The notes: generated from the letters alone by a model not told the origin. A stretch of DNA of 64,000 nt from Selaginella moellendorffii (GCF_000143415.4 NW_003314294.1:749453-813452); one strand, 5' to 3'. Shown: positions 27,742 through 41,060, numbered from the stretch's first letter. Numbers and translations: made by a program.

Positions 27742-28735
27742 AGGTGGCGGCAGGTTTGCTCAAACCTGGTGAGGAGCAAGAGATCGGCAAGAATGGCCTC
27801 AAGAAGCTGCTCGTCAAGGCCGGAACTGGCTGGGAGATGCCAGAGCCTGGGGATGAAGTGAAAGGTGGTAGCGCCCTTCTCTCTCGCCCTGGCGTCGCAA
27901 TGCTGGTAGATTCTTGCAGTTCACTACACTACCCCGTTTTGATTGCTGTCAAGACGATGATGAAGGGGGAAAAGGCTTTGCTGACTGTGAGGCCGAAATG
28001 TGAGGTGTTTGTGCGTTTGTTTAGCTAAGTTTCTAATGCGTTTCTAGATGGTCTTAGCGAATCACTTTCTACCGATCTGGAGCTGGTATCTTGGAAAACT
28101 GTTGAGAAAATCGGCCAAGATGGCAAAATTACGAAGAAGATTATCAAGGCGAGTGAAGGACGTGGTGATGGAACCAGTGAGTTTCTTAAGGACGACGATG
28201 CGTTTAAGAAGAAAGGCGAGCCTTCGAGTTTAAAACTGATGAAGGTCTTTTCTAAATCTGGTACTTTCCGCTGCTAACTTGTTTTAGTGTTTTTTTTTAT
28301 GAACAATGCGGCAGAGGAGAAGCTACAGGTAAGACTCAAGAGGCCATCATAAATTGCATCCTGACAAGTATTTTAGGCCCCTAGCTTTACTGACGAGACG
28401 ATGATGAAGAGCTGCTGCAAGGTTAGCGAGTCTCTCTCCTTGTGTATTTACCTATTTTCATACAATTGAATCTCTCGCAGAACGAAAAGGCCCTCTATGG
28501 CAGAGCTCTAGCTTACACGCACATTGCTGATTTCAACCTGGCCGAGTCTGATATCAACTCAGCGGCGCTGGGCCTGGCCGAGTTTGATATCCAAAAAGTA
28601 TCAGAAAACCGGTAAGAATTATCACTCGCGTTCCATCAAACCAAGGCTCACGCGTTTATCCTACAGCAACTTGAGAATGGAGTACAAGTCGCTGAACAAC
28701 AAAACTCTATGGCCACATGTTCGCAAGGCTGAGGA
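27742..28735 (+). pseudogene. FKBP62/65 (ROF-type) peptidyl-prolyl isomerase pseudogene with multiple internal deletions
   Basis: LKPGEEQEIGKNGLKKLLVKAGTGWEMPEPGDEVK|VHY, AVKTMMKGEKALLTVRP, DLELVSWKTV, FEFKTDE, TPR NEKALYGRA, LYGHMFARL appear in order within about 1 kb, introns retained, frames broken. Confidence 0.8.
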
Positions 28736-29106
28736 AGTTCGAACAGGCAAGTTTTTTGGATAATCTTTTTCTTACACGAAAGTTTAGTCTCTTTTCAATC
28801 TTGTGCGACTTGTTGGGAGGGTGAGCCACAGAAGACGCGGCCCCTGGAACACCGTTTCCTGGAAAAGAATGAGCCGCAGTGCCCCATCCACTCCATCCAC
28901 TCGCTCCGGAGGATGGATTTCGAGGGCTTCCCACGTCTGCCAAGTTCTCTTGCTGTTAAGTTTTGCGAAACTGGTGATTCGATTCCAGGGGCTGGGAGCA
29001 AACAAGGATGTGAAAGGAGAAAGCCACTCACTCGCAAACAAGCTATGGAGCCATGGTATGTGGATTCCTTGAAAAGCTCTTCCTGCGAATCAAGGATGTG
29101 AGCCGA

Positions 29107-29922
29107 GGAAGGATCGAACTGCTGTAGTTGCCTTTGCTAGGCATTTTGGGTATGACTTCTGTTTGTCGCTTTTATTCTTTCTTTCTTTCTGACCATCAGC
29201 ATCGAAGAAGGTGGCGTATTCTTTCTTATGCTCTTACGATAGATGCTTTTCTGCAGGAAGTGTTCGATGCTGCTGGTGTTTCGCTTGTTCTTGTCGGACC
29301 CGGCACTGTCGACCAGGTATTCCATGGATCCATTGCGAGCTTGTGGATTGATCACAGTCACTCTTTCTTTAGGCAAAAGCATTTGTTAGCCAGACACAGT
29401 TTCCCGGAGGTAGCTACAGATTTTTCGTCATCGCATTGTCTGATACAGCTGTTTTCCTCTCGTTTACAGAAGTTTATGCCGATCCAACCCATGCTTCATT
29501 TGAAGCGTTCCAATTCGTCTCTGGCGCGTCCACCATCTTTAATCCCAACGTACGCAAATCTATCTACGTGGTTGTTAGCTGAACTTACAGTGTCAAGGCT
29601 GCTATGCGAGTTATGGGAGCTCATTTAGAAGGCTATCGACAAGACTGGAGGCTCTCTTTTGAGAAAGATACTGTACAGAGAGGTGGCTGGTAAGGTCTCA
29701 TTTCTAGAGCAACATTTCGCTTCCTCGCAGGCAGCAAGGAGGCATTAGCATTGCTGGGCCCGGGAAAGATCGGTTGCTCTACATCCACAAGGTTCGTCGT
29801 TGTGCTTTCGAAGTTATGTTTGCTTGAATTTTTTTTCTTTCATACAGGACAAGGAAGCAGGCGACGAGCCCGACATCAAAGAAGTCATAGCAGCATGTTG
29901 TGAGAAACAAAACTTGTCATGA
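29107..29922 (+). pseudogene. 5'-truncated copy of the AAED1/PRXL2-like gene
   Basis: Begins mid-exon at KDRTAVVAFARHFG. The CILC exon is reduced to CATCAG/CATCGAAGAAG (CxxC lost). Inverted copy of 48291-49156. Confidence 0.85.
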
Positions 29923-29946
29923 TGTAAGTAATCGCTGTCCAATCCT

Positions 29947-31512
29947 TTACATTCTTTTTGGTCCTTGCAGGCCTATTTCTCGCTGCAAGCTCTCAGTCAT
30001 CTGCAAGCTTTGGACGAGACCTCCGTCCGCATTCATGTAAACAATGTTGGCAAGCAACACGCTCGCATAAGTGGCCGCTCTCGGGTTGGATCGAATCACT
30101 TCCTTGGCCGCTCGGACTCCCAGCTCCAGGTTGTTGTGGCTGCTACAGGCACCGAGCAAGCACATCCAGTCCGAAGAGCTCGGCTCAAACGGCATCGCAT
30201 CGATCAAATCCTCGGCCTCCTCCAGATAGTTTGCCCGTCCCAGAAGGTCCACAATGCACGAGTAGTGCTGCTTGGTGGGAGTCAGAGAAAAGTCCGCTAT
30301 CATCGAGAGAAAGCACTGCCGGCTGGTGTAGAGCTTCCCTGAATGGTTACAAGCGATCACCACGGACACGAAGCACGTCTCGTCGGGAGCTTCCACCAGC
30401 TTGAGCTTGTCATACGTATCCAACACTCTGGCGAACTGTCCGTTTTGAGCAAAGGCCGCGAGAATCGCCCTCCAAGAGATGATATCCAGCAGCGGTGACA
30501 GATCGAAGAACTTGGCAGCGCGATCGATATGCCCGTTGTGCGCATAGGCAGAAAACATGGTCGTCTGGGATCCAGCGTCTCTCTCCGGCATCGCATTGTA
30601 CGCCATCTGGGCCTCGTCGCAGTAGCCGGACTGGCCGTACGCGAAGATCATCGTGTTCCACGAGACCAGGCTCTGAAGTGGCATTTGATCGAACGTAAAC
30701 TTGGCTTCCTCGAGCTGTCTCGCGTGAGCGTACACTGCAATCATCGCATTCCATGCGATGGAGTTGCGCTCCGGCATTGATTCGAACACGCTCTTGGCGC
30801 TTTCGAGGTGGCCGATTTGGGTGTAGCTCGTCACCATTGTCGTCCATGAAACCAAGTCTCTCTCTGGCATTGCTTCGAATAGCTCCTTGGCTTTGAGTGT
30901 ATGCCCGTTTTGGGCATATGCCGCAAGCATGGAATTCCACGAAACTAGATTTCTTTGGGGCATATGGTCGAACAAATTTCTAGCTTCCTCGACTTTTGCC
31001 TTGTGTGAGTAAGCTGCCAGGAGTGAAGTCCACGATACAAGATTCCTTTCTGGCATAGTCTCGAAGATTGTTTTCGCGTTTTCAGGGTGCCCACTTTGGG
31101 TATATGCTGCTAGAATAGAAGTCCAGACTACGATATTCCACATTGGCATCTTGTCAAAGGTATTTTTAGCTTGGGTTAGATTATTGGCTTTTGCATAGGC
31201 TGTAATAAGCATACTCCATGAGACGAGATCCCTTTCAGGCATTTTGTCAAATGTGTTTTTCGCTTTTTCAAGAAGACCGTTTTGGGCATATGCAGCAAAG
31301 AGGAAGAACCAGGAGAATGAATTCTTGTCACATTTCATTTCATTAAAGATGGACTGGGCCTGCTTTGGACTGCCACAATTCCCATACATTTCAATCAGTC
31401 TGTTGCAAACAATGATATCCTTAAGCTGTAAAAAGTATGGAATATAATTTTCGATACTGGCTGGACTATTGCATTTCCGTATTATCTCCAAGCAATGCTC
31501 TCTCTCTTGCAT
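29947..31512 (-). CDS. PLS-class PPR protein with E domain, 521 aa, intronless
   Basis: S-type repeats FDKMPERDLVSW; HYSCIVDLLGRA...MPFEPSSSDWMCLLGAC; no DYW. Confidence 0.92.
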   Translation of the reverse strand: MQEREHCLEIIRKCNSPASIENYIPYFLQLKDIIVCNRLIEMYGNCGSPKQAQSIFNEMKCDKNSFSWFFLFAAYAQNGLLEKAKNTFDKMPERDLVSWSMLITAYAKANNLTQAKNTFDKMPMWNIVVWTSILAAYTQSGHPENAKTIFETMPERNLVSWTSLLAAYSHKAKVEEARNLFDHMPQRNLVSWNSMLAAYAQNGHTLKAKELFEAMPERDLVSWTTMVTSYTQIGHLESAKSVFESMPERNSIAWNAMIAVYAHARQLEEAKFTFDQMPLQSLVSWNTMIFAYGQSGYCDEAQMAYNAMPERDAGSQTTMFSAYAHNGHIDRAAKFFDLSPLLDIISWRAILAAFAQNGQFARVLDTYDKLKLVEAPDETCFVSVVIACNHSGKLYTSRQCFLSMIADFSLTPTKQHYSCIVDLLGRANYLEEAEDLIDAMPFEPSSSDWMCLLGACSSHNNLELGVRAAKEVIRSNPRAATYASVLLANIVYMNADGGLVQSLQMTESLQREIGLQGPKRM

Positions 31513-32107
31513 CTCTTAATATCATATTGTTATATAAATTATTATTGCTTTCAATATGAGCTTAGCAGTCCATGGTAGCAATGTAATGGTAAGAAGATTT
31601 GAGAAGACATGGATATTTTTGTGGTAAATTAGAAATTGCCCAGCAAATATTGGCCAGTTGACAAAGGTTATTGTTCAACACATGTCTCCTCCTCTCAATG
31701 TCCACTCTTTCTAGTTTTCCTTGCTCCATGCAACAGTGCCATCTTTTAAGGATAAGAACTTTTTAAAAAACGTCTACATACCTTTTCTAAAATTTATATT
31801 TGGTATGCTATTTTTGTCAGTGTAAATCTTATTTAACTTAGAAGATAATATAAAGTTTTATGTATAGAAAGTGGGAGTTACAATTTCTCAAAATCATGTT
31901 AGAAATATGCCTATATAATTTGGCAAATTTTACTTGTTACTACTGAAGTTCTGGTTATGAGGCAAAATATTCTGAGTGATAATTAAAGAATTAGAGTGGA
32001 AAATCACAACCGTTAGATTAAGGAACATCCAGATACACAGAAATAGATACCTAGGGATATCTCTTCTTTTTCCTTGAGAAACCAATTCAACAACAAAATT
32101 TCGTCTC

Positions 32108-35100
32108 CTAGATCAAACCAGCGAGTGAGGCAGCAGGACCAACGAGATCATCTGCAGGGCTTGGCATTCCTGGCAGGCTGGTTGGCGCAGCACCAGATGG
32201 TATATCAACTAGCCTCTCTTTGATATATTCCTTCAATCTGTGATTGCCCTTCCAGTTAATACACACACACACACACACATCAAGCAAGGAAAACTTACTC
32301 CAGGGCAACGCTTGTATCCGGAGTACCCACTGTGAGTCTTATTTGGGTCCGATCTGCCGGATCGGTTTCAATCCTTACCTGTAATCAAAGTGCGTGACAC
32401 TGCCAACAAAAAGAGATAGCTTACCAAGCATAGAGTCGGGTTTTCCGAAAAGTAAGTTGCCGCACCAACGATGTTATTTACATTTGGATCCTGAGCAAAA
32501 GCCGAAAACCTCAGTGAATCTGGGAATGAAAACTAAAAACTCACATAGCCCGGAGCGATCGCAACGTGAAGACTACCAAGCAAGTCGGACATTTCTTGGA
32601 GCGGAAGAGGCTTCACCCCGCGTACCTGGAAAGCATCTGGATGTAGAGAGAGCACCTTAGAAAACACACCCTCACTCACCACTTCTTGCAGGAGCTTATT
32701 CGGAGGGCCCATAAGAGCTTTCCAGCGAGCAATATAGTCTGCAGGAGCTAGCGTTGCTCCTTGTAGGAACTTGCTCATAATAACGGGAAGCCGGAGCTTG
32801 AAGCTAACCTGGAACCGTAAAAATCAAACTCTAGTTTCCATTAGCTACGGGATGCAAGCTTACCATAGCTGACGAATTGTTGTAGCAAAAATCAAGGACA
32901 GGAATTTCTCTGCTTGGAGACAGGTTGGTGACTTCCACTGGACATTGTACCTGTTACAATGAACATCAACACGACGAGTTAGGATGAGTGACGAATGAAA
33001 AAAGAAAGAAAAACCTGTGCTCTAGGAGGAATTGTGTCAGGTACGTTCGATGTCAAGAGCTGCATGTGCCGGGGAGGTAATATCACTGCCTTCACCGATA
33101 ACAATGGTGCAGTATGCTTATTGCCAAGAAACAAAACTATACGCCCTTGGTTACCACGCCATTCCGCTTTCAAACCAATCTGTAATAGTACATTATAGCA
33201 AGGAAAATAATAATCCGCTTGCCTGAATGAAAGGATCTTCATAAAGAATGCCGCTGTCTTTTCTGCAGAGCGCATCGAACCATTCCGTGACACTGCCGGT
33301 AGGCTGCAAACAGGACTTTGTAAGACTTGACAATCGTTTCTCAACATACCTGAACTGTCGAAGCCTGATTGTCCATGAGTGCTAGCGCCAGGGAATCACC
33401 TGGTCCAACTAGCGGCGAACTTTCGGGAGCACTGTGCGTAGGTGCAGCTTCAATAGCAAGAAAATCTACGGGAGCTGGTGACTGTCCACCATTTGCAACT
33501 GGGACAGTAGGCGCCTCCTGCCAGCATCCAAATGCTATAAAACATTTATAAAATCTGCCACGACTTACAATGTTTCTTTGCCCCGAAGGTACTCTTGTAA
33601 GCGCTGGATGAACGCCATTAGCAGGCTTTTGATCTGCTACAACGACAGCGGTTGATGTCAGCTGCATGAGCCTTAGTTTAGTAGCACTCGTATCAGCCAC
33701 GTCCACTTCGGTGTCCTCGGCTTTCTTCAGAAGCGCAGACTGCAGAAACTTTAACACATGATTATGTGAATAGTAAGGAAGGCATAAAACCTGTCTTTCG
33801 GGGAACTTGGGCATCTCAGCCATCACGTCCACCATTGACGGGCCTTTCCGACTGAGAGCATAATATTCACTGGCTCGTTGCTGAACTTCCGCATCCAAGT
33901 AAGTTTCGTTCCTAAGAGGTAGACGTTAGTCCCCAACTCAGTAGAAAAACAGAAACATTACTTCCTGAAAACAGCTAGCACATGATTTTGCAGCTCCGGA
34001 TCGACAGTTTGTGAATGCAGTAAAATCTTGATATAAGCTGAAAGAAGAATAGCCTTGGTAGGCGTCCTGTAGAAAGAGCTTGTTATACGGAGGAAGAATA
34101 AAGAAATGAAGCTTACGAAACGGTTGCGAATTTGTCATGGATAATGGAAAACACTTCTTTCGGACTACATCCTGGCCTTCGTGACAGTAAATGACTGTAC
34201 TCCCCCAGCAAATAGCCAGCCACCTACATGGTTTAAACTTATCAAGGGAGTGAAAACAATGTAAACAAAATCCCACCTTCACCATAGTCTCGTGCACCGC
34301 CGGTTTGTCCAGAAAGTCTCGAGCTTTAGCGGCTGCGTACGGCTGTGAAGCACATGAGTTAAATGACAATAAAAAAACGCCATACCCACCTGCAGATCAT
34401 CATTGTTTGTCACAAATTGGACTACTCTGTACCAAATGTCATCGCTAACGAAATCTCCAGCCTTCTCAATAAGCTGTAAGATAACATCCACGTACCTAGC
34501 CAAAACAATTCCTTATTAGCAACAGGGAGAGATTTCTTCAGATATCAATACCATGACAGATCCGGAGCGAATTTCTCAGCCAGAATGGCAGCCTTAAGCG
34601 CAAGCTCCTCACGTATTGCAAAATCAGCAGTTGTCAGATACTGCAAGGGTTTAAAAACAGTGAGGGATACATCTTAAAGCCGCAAGAAATACCTGCAAAA
34701 GCTCCTCAACAATATCTTTCGCATTTGTTACATCACACATTCCATAAAGCAAATCCAGAGATCGCCTTCGAATACTGCAAAGAGAAATACACTGAACAAG
34801 GAGATCGATAAAGATAATTCTAAACCTTATATCCGGGTCCCTCAAAGATGTGATTATCTGCACTTGATGCCTTTTTATGCTTTCTTGTACGTCAGAAACC
34901 ATAAGCATTCTGGTCATATTTTCCTGCAGTGAAAAACAAGGTAAAGTATAGCGTAGGGCCACAAATATCCATACCAGTCCAAGATATCGAATGTTGGGCT
35001 CACGGACAGCAATAAACTTTCCAAGTAGACCAACACATTGTGCCATCATATCTTTCTCTGCGTCTAAATGCATCACCTGCGCGACAAAAAAAAGGCTCTT

Positions 35101-36474
35101 GAATGGAACAACAGAAAAAGAAAAAACCTACCAAAGCCAGAGCTTCAAAGAGAACAGCATGGGTTGCATTGTTCTTATTGATATTCTTCACGGCATCAGT
35201 TCCCATGAGGACTCTTTGAAGAACCTACACTTTGCAAAATGTGGCAAATGACTTTGATCGGTTTAAACAAGTTCAGAGCTACCTCAAAAAGGGATCGCCT
35301 AATGTTCGGATCATCAATCGCCGGGAAATATTGCAAAACTCGCATTGTTTTTACCTGCTCAAATCACTAAACAGAAAGAGTAAATATGGTGTTCCCAAAG
35401 TCAACCGCAAAAACATCGACGAAAAACAAACCTGGAGCCAAGGAGATGGAATACCGTAGTATGTGTACTCCTGAGGAATATCTTGGCTCCTGGTTAAGCG
35501 CTCCAGAACACGAACGCATTTTGAAACGCAGTTCCAGTACGCGTCGGGATTGTTAGCCACGAGAGCAACGAGCAAGCTCATGACAGCCGTAAGGACTCCA
35601 ATTTCTCTTTCGTCAAGCAGCTGAGACATTCGATCCGCCCTGTCATGGAGATTAGTCCACAATCAGGAAGACAAGCCTCTTGAAATACCCACCAGCCGTC
35701 CACGCTGACAACATCCGGATTCTTCCTGTAAAGTCGCAGAAGACACAATGCAGCCTTCTTCCGCACCAGTGGCCGACAGGAGTTCGAAATCTAAAGCACA
35801 TAGCGCCTAGGATCAAGAGACACCAGGCCGATAAAGAGAACTTACCAGCAGCTTTTGCACATCGGGAGCTAGTGACTCGGAAAACTCCTTGCCACCAATG
35901 TTCCCAACCTGGATAGAACTTCCGCCTAAGACGACAAAAACTCTGAAAACTACAGAAGCATACCATTGTCAGCGCCAGGCACTGAAATGTCTCGTTCCTT
36001 CCGATAATGTCATTCCGGACAGTGTTTATAACAAGCCGCAAGAAGTCGTGGTTTTCGTTCAGCAAAGAAGAGGTGACAATGTACCCCACCTGCGAGAACA
36101 AGTCTAGATTCCACCAAGACAAAACCAGGAACACTATTTACCTGCTTTTCAGCGTACTTGGGAGCTGAGATCAAAGACACAGCTTCCATATGCCCGAAAT
36201 CGACATCATAACCAAGCATGAAGATGTAGAGCATCTTCCAAACGTATTTTTTCTTCTCATAAGGCGTCAATCCCTGGCGCAAGCGAGCAATCTTAGCAAT
36301 CCGAGACGAAGAAACCCAAGCAGCAAGAAAAAGATCACTCACCTTGTCATTCTTAAACTTGGTGCGAATGTTCGCGAGCTCCTTGTCGACACGAGCCCGC
36401 TCCAGCTCCTTATTCTGGCAGTTCCTCACATCGCTGATGAAGACCGACAACCCTCGCATGCCGGACAGCGCCAT
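32108..36474 (-). CDS. AP2A: AP-2 complex subunit alpha (alpha-adaptin), multi-exon
   Basis: [75 protein letters not shown], ear-domain IGLKAEW...DTIPPRAQV. Includes a 43-nt GC-AG intron (33222-33180). Confidence 0.96.
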
Positions 36475-36881
36475 CGCGCGCTCGCGGCGCCGCTAAAACC
36501 CTCAGATCTGGCCCTGCCGAGCTAAAGCCCCGAGAATGCGCCGCCGCTTCAACACCGCCGCGACACGAGCACCGAATGCATCGCCCGAGTTGCCGAAATT
36601 TCGCCCGCGCCGCGCCGCGACGGGCGCTGGTCGATTACCTGTGCCAGATCCCGCGCGAGAGGATGAGCATCGGATGGAACGCGCGGCGCCCGGCGACCTG
36701 GAAGAGCGCCGAGAAGAAGCGAGGGCTTTGAAAAGAAGAAAATTAACAAAACCTATTAACCATGTAGCTTATAAATCTAATTATTTATCACTAAACTCAA
36801 TTAGTGACAATTAATGCAGGTTAACAATCTCTTATGGATACGAGCAAAATTTCTTTCCATGGTTTCCATTTTATCCCAGCT

Positions 36882-38152
36882 TTAAGATTGGGTCGCTACT
36901 TTGGAGCTTTCTTCTTCCATGCGCTGCTTGGCATCGCTTCGTGCCCTGTTAACCAGTTCCTCGATCGCCTCCCTACCTTCGTAGTATTGCGGGCAGTACT
37001 TCTCAAAATTGCTGAAGTGTTCTTCGGCTTGATCTAGTTCTCCCAGCATGCAGCAAACCAGCCCCTGGAAATCGAATCACCAGTTTGGCAAACTTTACAA
37101 CCGAGAAGGAAGAACAAGAAAAAGAGAAAAGCCTTTTTTACTTGGCAGACGTGTGGACGGAAGTCTGTCGGATCCTCCTTGCTCAGCTGCTCGTAGAGTT
37201 CCAGAGCTTGTGGCAATTCTTCCTGGACGAACGCAAGCTTGAAGAGATGAGAGGTTTCTTTGATCTAGAAATGGATCTTTACCTTGAGAGTGAGGAGCTG
37301 GCCTCTGAGCATCCGGAAGTTCCTCGCGTCCTTGGGCCTGTCCTCTTCGGTGGCCTTTGCCGCGGCGTCCTCCACGATTTTCTGGATGAAATCGATGTCT
37401 TTGCCTTGCTTCTTGAGAACCAACGCAAGGCCCTGTCAAGAGCAAGAGACAAACAAACAAAAAATCACTCCTTGCAAAAGAGAAAGTTCTCTAAAGCTTA
37501 CTTGGAGTGCTCGAAGGGACAGAGGGTCCACCTTCACGGCATCCTCAAACTCCTTGAGAGCGTTGTCCAAATCTCCAATGTACTCATAAGCGTGGCCGCG
37601 GATGAATCTAAACTCTAGCTGCGACGGATTCATGTCGATGAGCTTGGAAAGGACCTTGATCGCCGCTGGCATGTCCCTCTTCTCCATGAATCCGTGGAGC
37701 CGAGTGAGATCATCCAAGATCTCCTCCTCCTCCTCCTGCGTTCTCCTCCTCAAAGTCTTCTTCTTCTCTGGAGCGCCTTCTTTTTGCTCCACAGCCGTGG
37801 TAGTGGCCACATTCTCGTTAGCGCTGGCTATGGCTTCCTCCGCCCTGGCAACTCTACACGAATTCATGCCCGCCGCGAGCAAAAGGGCCGAGCTCCCCAA
37901 GAACAAAGCCGCGATTCTGCGAACCCTGTCCTTCAGAGACCTCTCTTCCACCGCCGATGGAAGCCGCGAGCACTGCGGCCGCGATCTCGACAGCGATCGC
38001 CTTCGTCCGCTACTGTCTGGCGCAGCAAACCTGATCGATCCGGGAGACGAAATCTCAAGCCTCCTGGAGCTCCGCACTGCCGCCGGCAGAGGCATTCTGG
38101 AAGCTCTTCCCAGCGCATGCAGCGCCAAAGCCGTAGACGAGGCGATCTCCAT
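36882..38152 (-). CDS. Chloroplast TPR protein, SLOW GREEN 1-like, 4 exons
   Basis: Ser/Arg-rich transit peptide, TPR units (HAYEYIGDLDNALKEFEDAVKVDP), ALELYEQLSKEDPTDFRPHVCQ|GL; ends MEEESSKVATQS*. Confidence 0.75.
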
Positions 38153-38287
38153 CGCGGTCGCTTTGCTAAAGCCCTAACCCTAAAATGATAAACCCAGCGT
38201 TATGGATCTAACGGCTTGGAGTACGAAAAAAAAGAATATAGTTTTAACAAGTATCTTTTGTTTAAACTAATAAAAACTTATGAAGAT

Positions 38288-38338
38288 GGGTACCTGTCGA
38301 TTGCAAATCAACCACTCTACCATCTGGGCTACATGCCC
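38288..38338 (-). pseudogene. Truncated tRNA-Ala(TGC)-like fragment (5' two-thirds)
   Basis: GGGCATG TA GCCC AGATGGTA GAGT G GTTGA TTTGCAA TCGAC AGGTAC: acceptor 5' strand, D-arm with A-box, 5-bp anticodon stem with TGC. No T-arm or 3' acceptor strand. Confidence 0.6.
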
Positions 38339-38729
38339 TAATGATGAAACTTATGTTTAAAAACGGCTTTGTTTGTATGTAAGTAGGATTTAGTCAAAGA
38401 TATTGAAGAAATACAAGAAAAAATCAAGCTTAGTGCCACAAGGATTTAAGATGCATTGCTTATGTTGGGATTCAGAGATCAAGTAAGCTTTGTTTAAACT
38501 CAATCAATAATTGTGTACTTTCAGAAAGTAAGGCATTGTAAGTTGCACAAATAGGACAACTTCCATATCTCCAATATGAGACGAGTATGTAGAATTTAAA
38601 AAGTGTTAGCAGTTATAGGTAGGCTATTCTAAGTATTTTTGGTTGGCTATGGATATCCTTTATACAAAACTATGTAAGGTTTGAATAGATGAAATCTATG
38701 GTGGATTAATAATATTCTAGTTCAATTAT

Positions 38730-39480
38730 TATACATACTTATGAACATTATAAAAAAACTTAAAGTAAGAAAAAAGTAAATTAATATCAAAATAAGATAA
38801 TAGAATGGTCATAAAATAAATATTAAATGAACCATATTTAGAACAAGTAAATTACAATACCTTAATAATTTAATATTATAAACTATTAAGGTATATACTT
38901 TATATATTGGAGGAATATTTAGTAGTCTATTTGACCAAACACAACTCTTATATTTTTTAAAATATAATTTATAAAAAAAAGTTAATGTAGCTAATTTTAA
39001 AGATATTTAAAAATAAGTGATTTAAAACATTATAAAAATAAATATAGAGTTTTAAATATTTTTATCTATAATGTTCATCATTATGATATATATTGTGTTT
39101 ATTTTATTAGTTAATTTATTTCTACAATATTAAGCATAAATGTTGAATGGGGATAAATAATATATTTACTCAAAATAATATGGCAACAATTATTTTAATC
39201 ATTAATTTCAAAATTTTATCAAGGGTACTGACTTAATAAATAATATAAAATATCTAATAAACTATAAAAATATACAAGAAATTAATTTTGGTAGAATAGT
39301 TATAATTATAAAATTTAGAAGTATGATTTAATCAGAAGAACAAATATCAAATCAATAGCTCAACATTTTTTTTACTTAGCTTTTGTTAAAAAATGTAAAA
39401 GGGGCTATACAATAATTGGAAATAAAACAAAATCTAACTAAAATAAAATCTGAAAATTTACTTAATTAATTTTCATTTAA
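38730..39480 (+). repeat. AT-rich ~750-bp direct repeat, copy 1
   Basis: Collinear with about 40372-41060 (e.g. AAATATCAAATCAATAGCTCAAC, AAAAAATGTAAAAGGGGCTATACA). Confidence 0.85.
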
Positions 39481-40371
39481 GTATATTCATGTTCAATTAA
39501 ATTTATGATTGCCCTGTACGTCCACTATTAACAGTTTTTGAGCTTGCTTAGCCGAGCTTGAAAACATTTTAAAAAGCTTAGTAATATTTTTTTTGCCTAA
39601 TTGTATCACTTTCTACTTCATCTAGTTGACATAGTAAGTAATGACGATATTCAAATTTTAACCATTATCCTCGTCCCTAAAATCTTTCTTTAAATCATCA
39701 TTGAAGTGGTGCCCATCTGAGCCCAAGTCCAAATTCTTTTCCTCACCCTCCTCTAAGTTTATTCCCTGCTCTTGATTCTTTGATAAAATAATTATAATTT
39801 ATATCTTCAAAATTACTTGGTTTTGATATAATATTTATTGAGAGTTTAAGATATTTATTTTTAGTGGCGAGAAGTAAGTTCCAGAATTCAGGGAAAATAT
39901 TTTGTCCAAAGAGTGTTCTTTAGCAAGAAAATAATCCACATCTAAACTTTTTAGCTTTAAAAAATTTTATATTTATCATTTCAAGCAACATAAAATTCTC
40001 ATTTGAATAGTGAAATGAAAATTAACTTATTTCATAAAACCAAATTCATAAAATTGTCATAATTGATTCTAACCAACTACCAAAATATAACTCTATGTCA
40101 AATGTCAATAGTGATAAATATTTTTAATAAATTTATTAGATAGTTTTAATAACTTTGAATATTAATAATCAATAAGCACAACTTACTTTGCATGAGAAAT
40201 TAAAGAAAATTTTTTTTTATGATGTTGTCAATAAAGTGTTGAAGAGGTTTTGACATCATTTTCATTTAGCATCAGATTCTTTTTTTGCAATGAACAATTT
40301 ATTCTAAAACATCACTCTGATACCAACAAGTGTTTGAGAAGCTAATCATAAACCATATATATATTTATACT

Positions 40372-41060
40372 TACCTATATATACTTATAAATATTATAAA
40401 AAAAACTAATGTAAGAAAAAATATATAATAAGATAATAGTATGGTCATAAAATAAATTATAAATAAACAATATTTAGAACAAGTAAATTATAATATCTTA
40501 TTTATTTAAGGAAAACTTAGTAGTTTATATGACCAAATATAACTTTTAAATTTTTAAAATATAATTTTGTAAAAACATATTTGTAACTACTTTTAAAGAT
40601 ATCTAGAAAGAAGTGATCTAAAACATTATAAAAATAAATATAGAGTTTTAAATATTTTTATTTATAATTTTTATCATTGTGTTATATATTCTTTTTATTT
40701 TATTAATTAATTTATTTTTACACCTTTAAGCATAAATGTTGTATGGGGATAAATAATATATTTACTCAAAATAAGATGGTAAAAATTATTTTAATCATCA
40801 ATTTCAAGATTTTTACGAAAGTATTGACTTAATAAATAATATAAATATTTGCTAAATTATAAAAATTTACAAAAAATTATTCTTGGTAGAATAATTATAA
40901 TTGTCAAATTTAGGTGTATGATTTAATCAGAAGGACAAATATCAAATCAATAGCTCAACTTTTGTTTTACTTACCTTTTGCTAAAAAATGTAAAAGGGGC
41001 TATACAAAAATTAAAAATAAAACAAAATTCAACCAAAAAAATTTTACTTAATTTATTTCA
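40372..41060 (+). repeat. AT-rich direct repeat, copy 2
   Basis: Matches 38730-39480. A further shared block lies at about 39785-39860 and 46508-46583. Confidence 0.85.
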
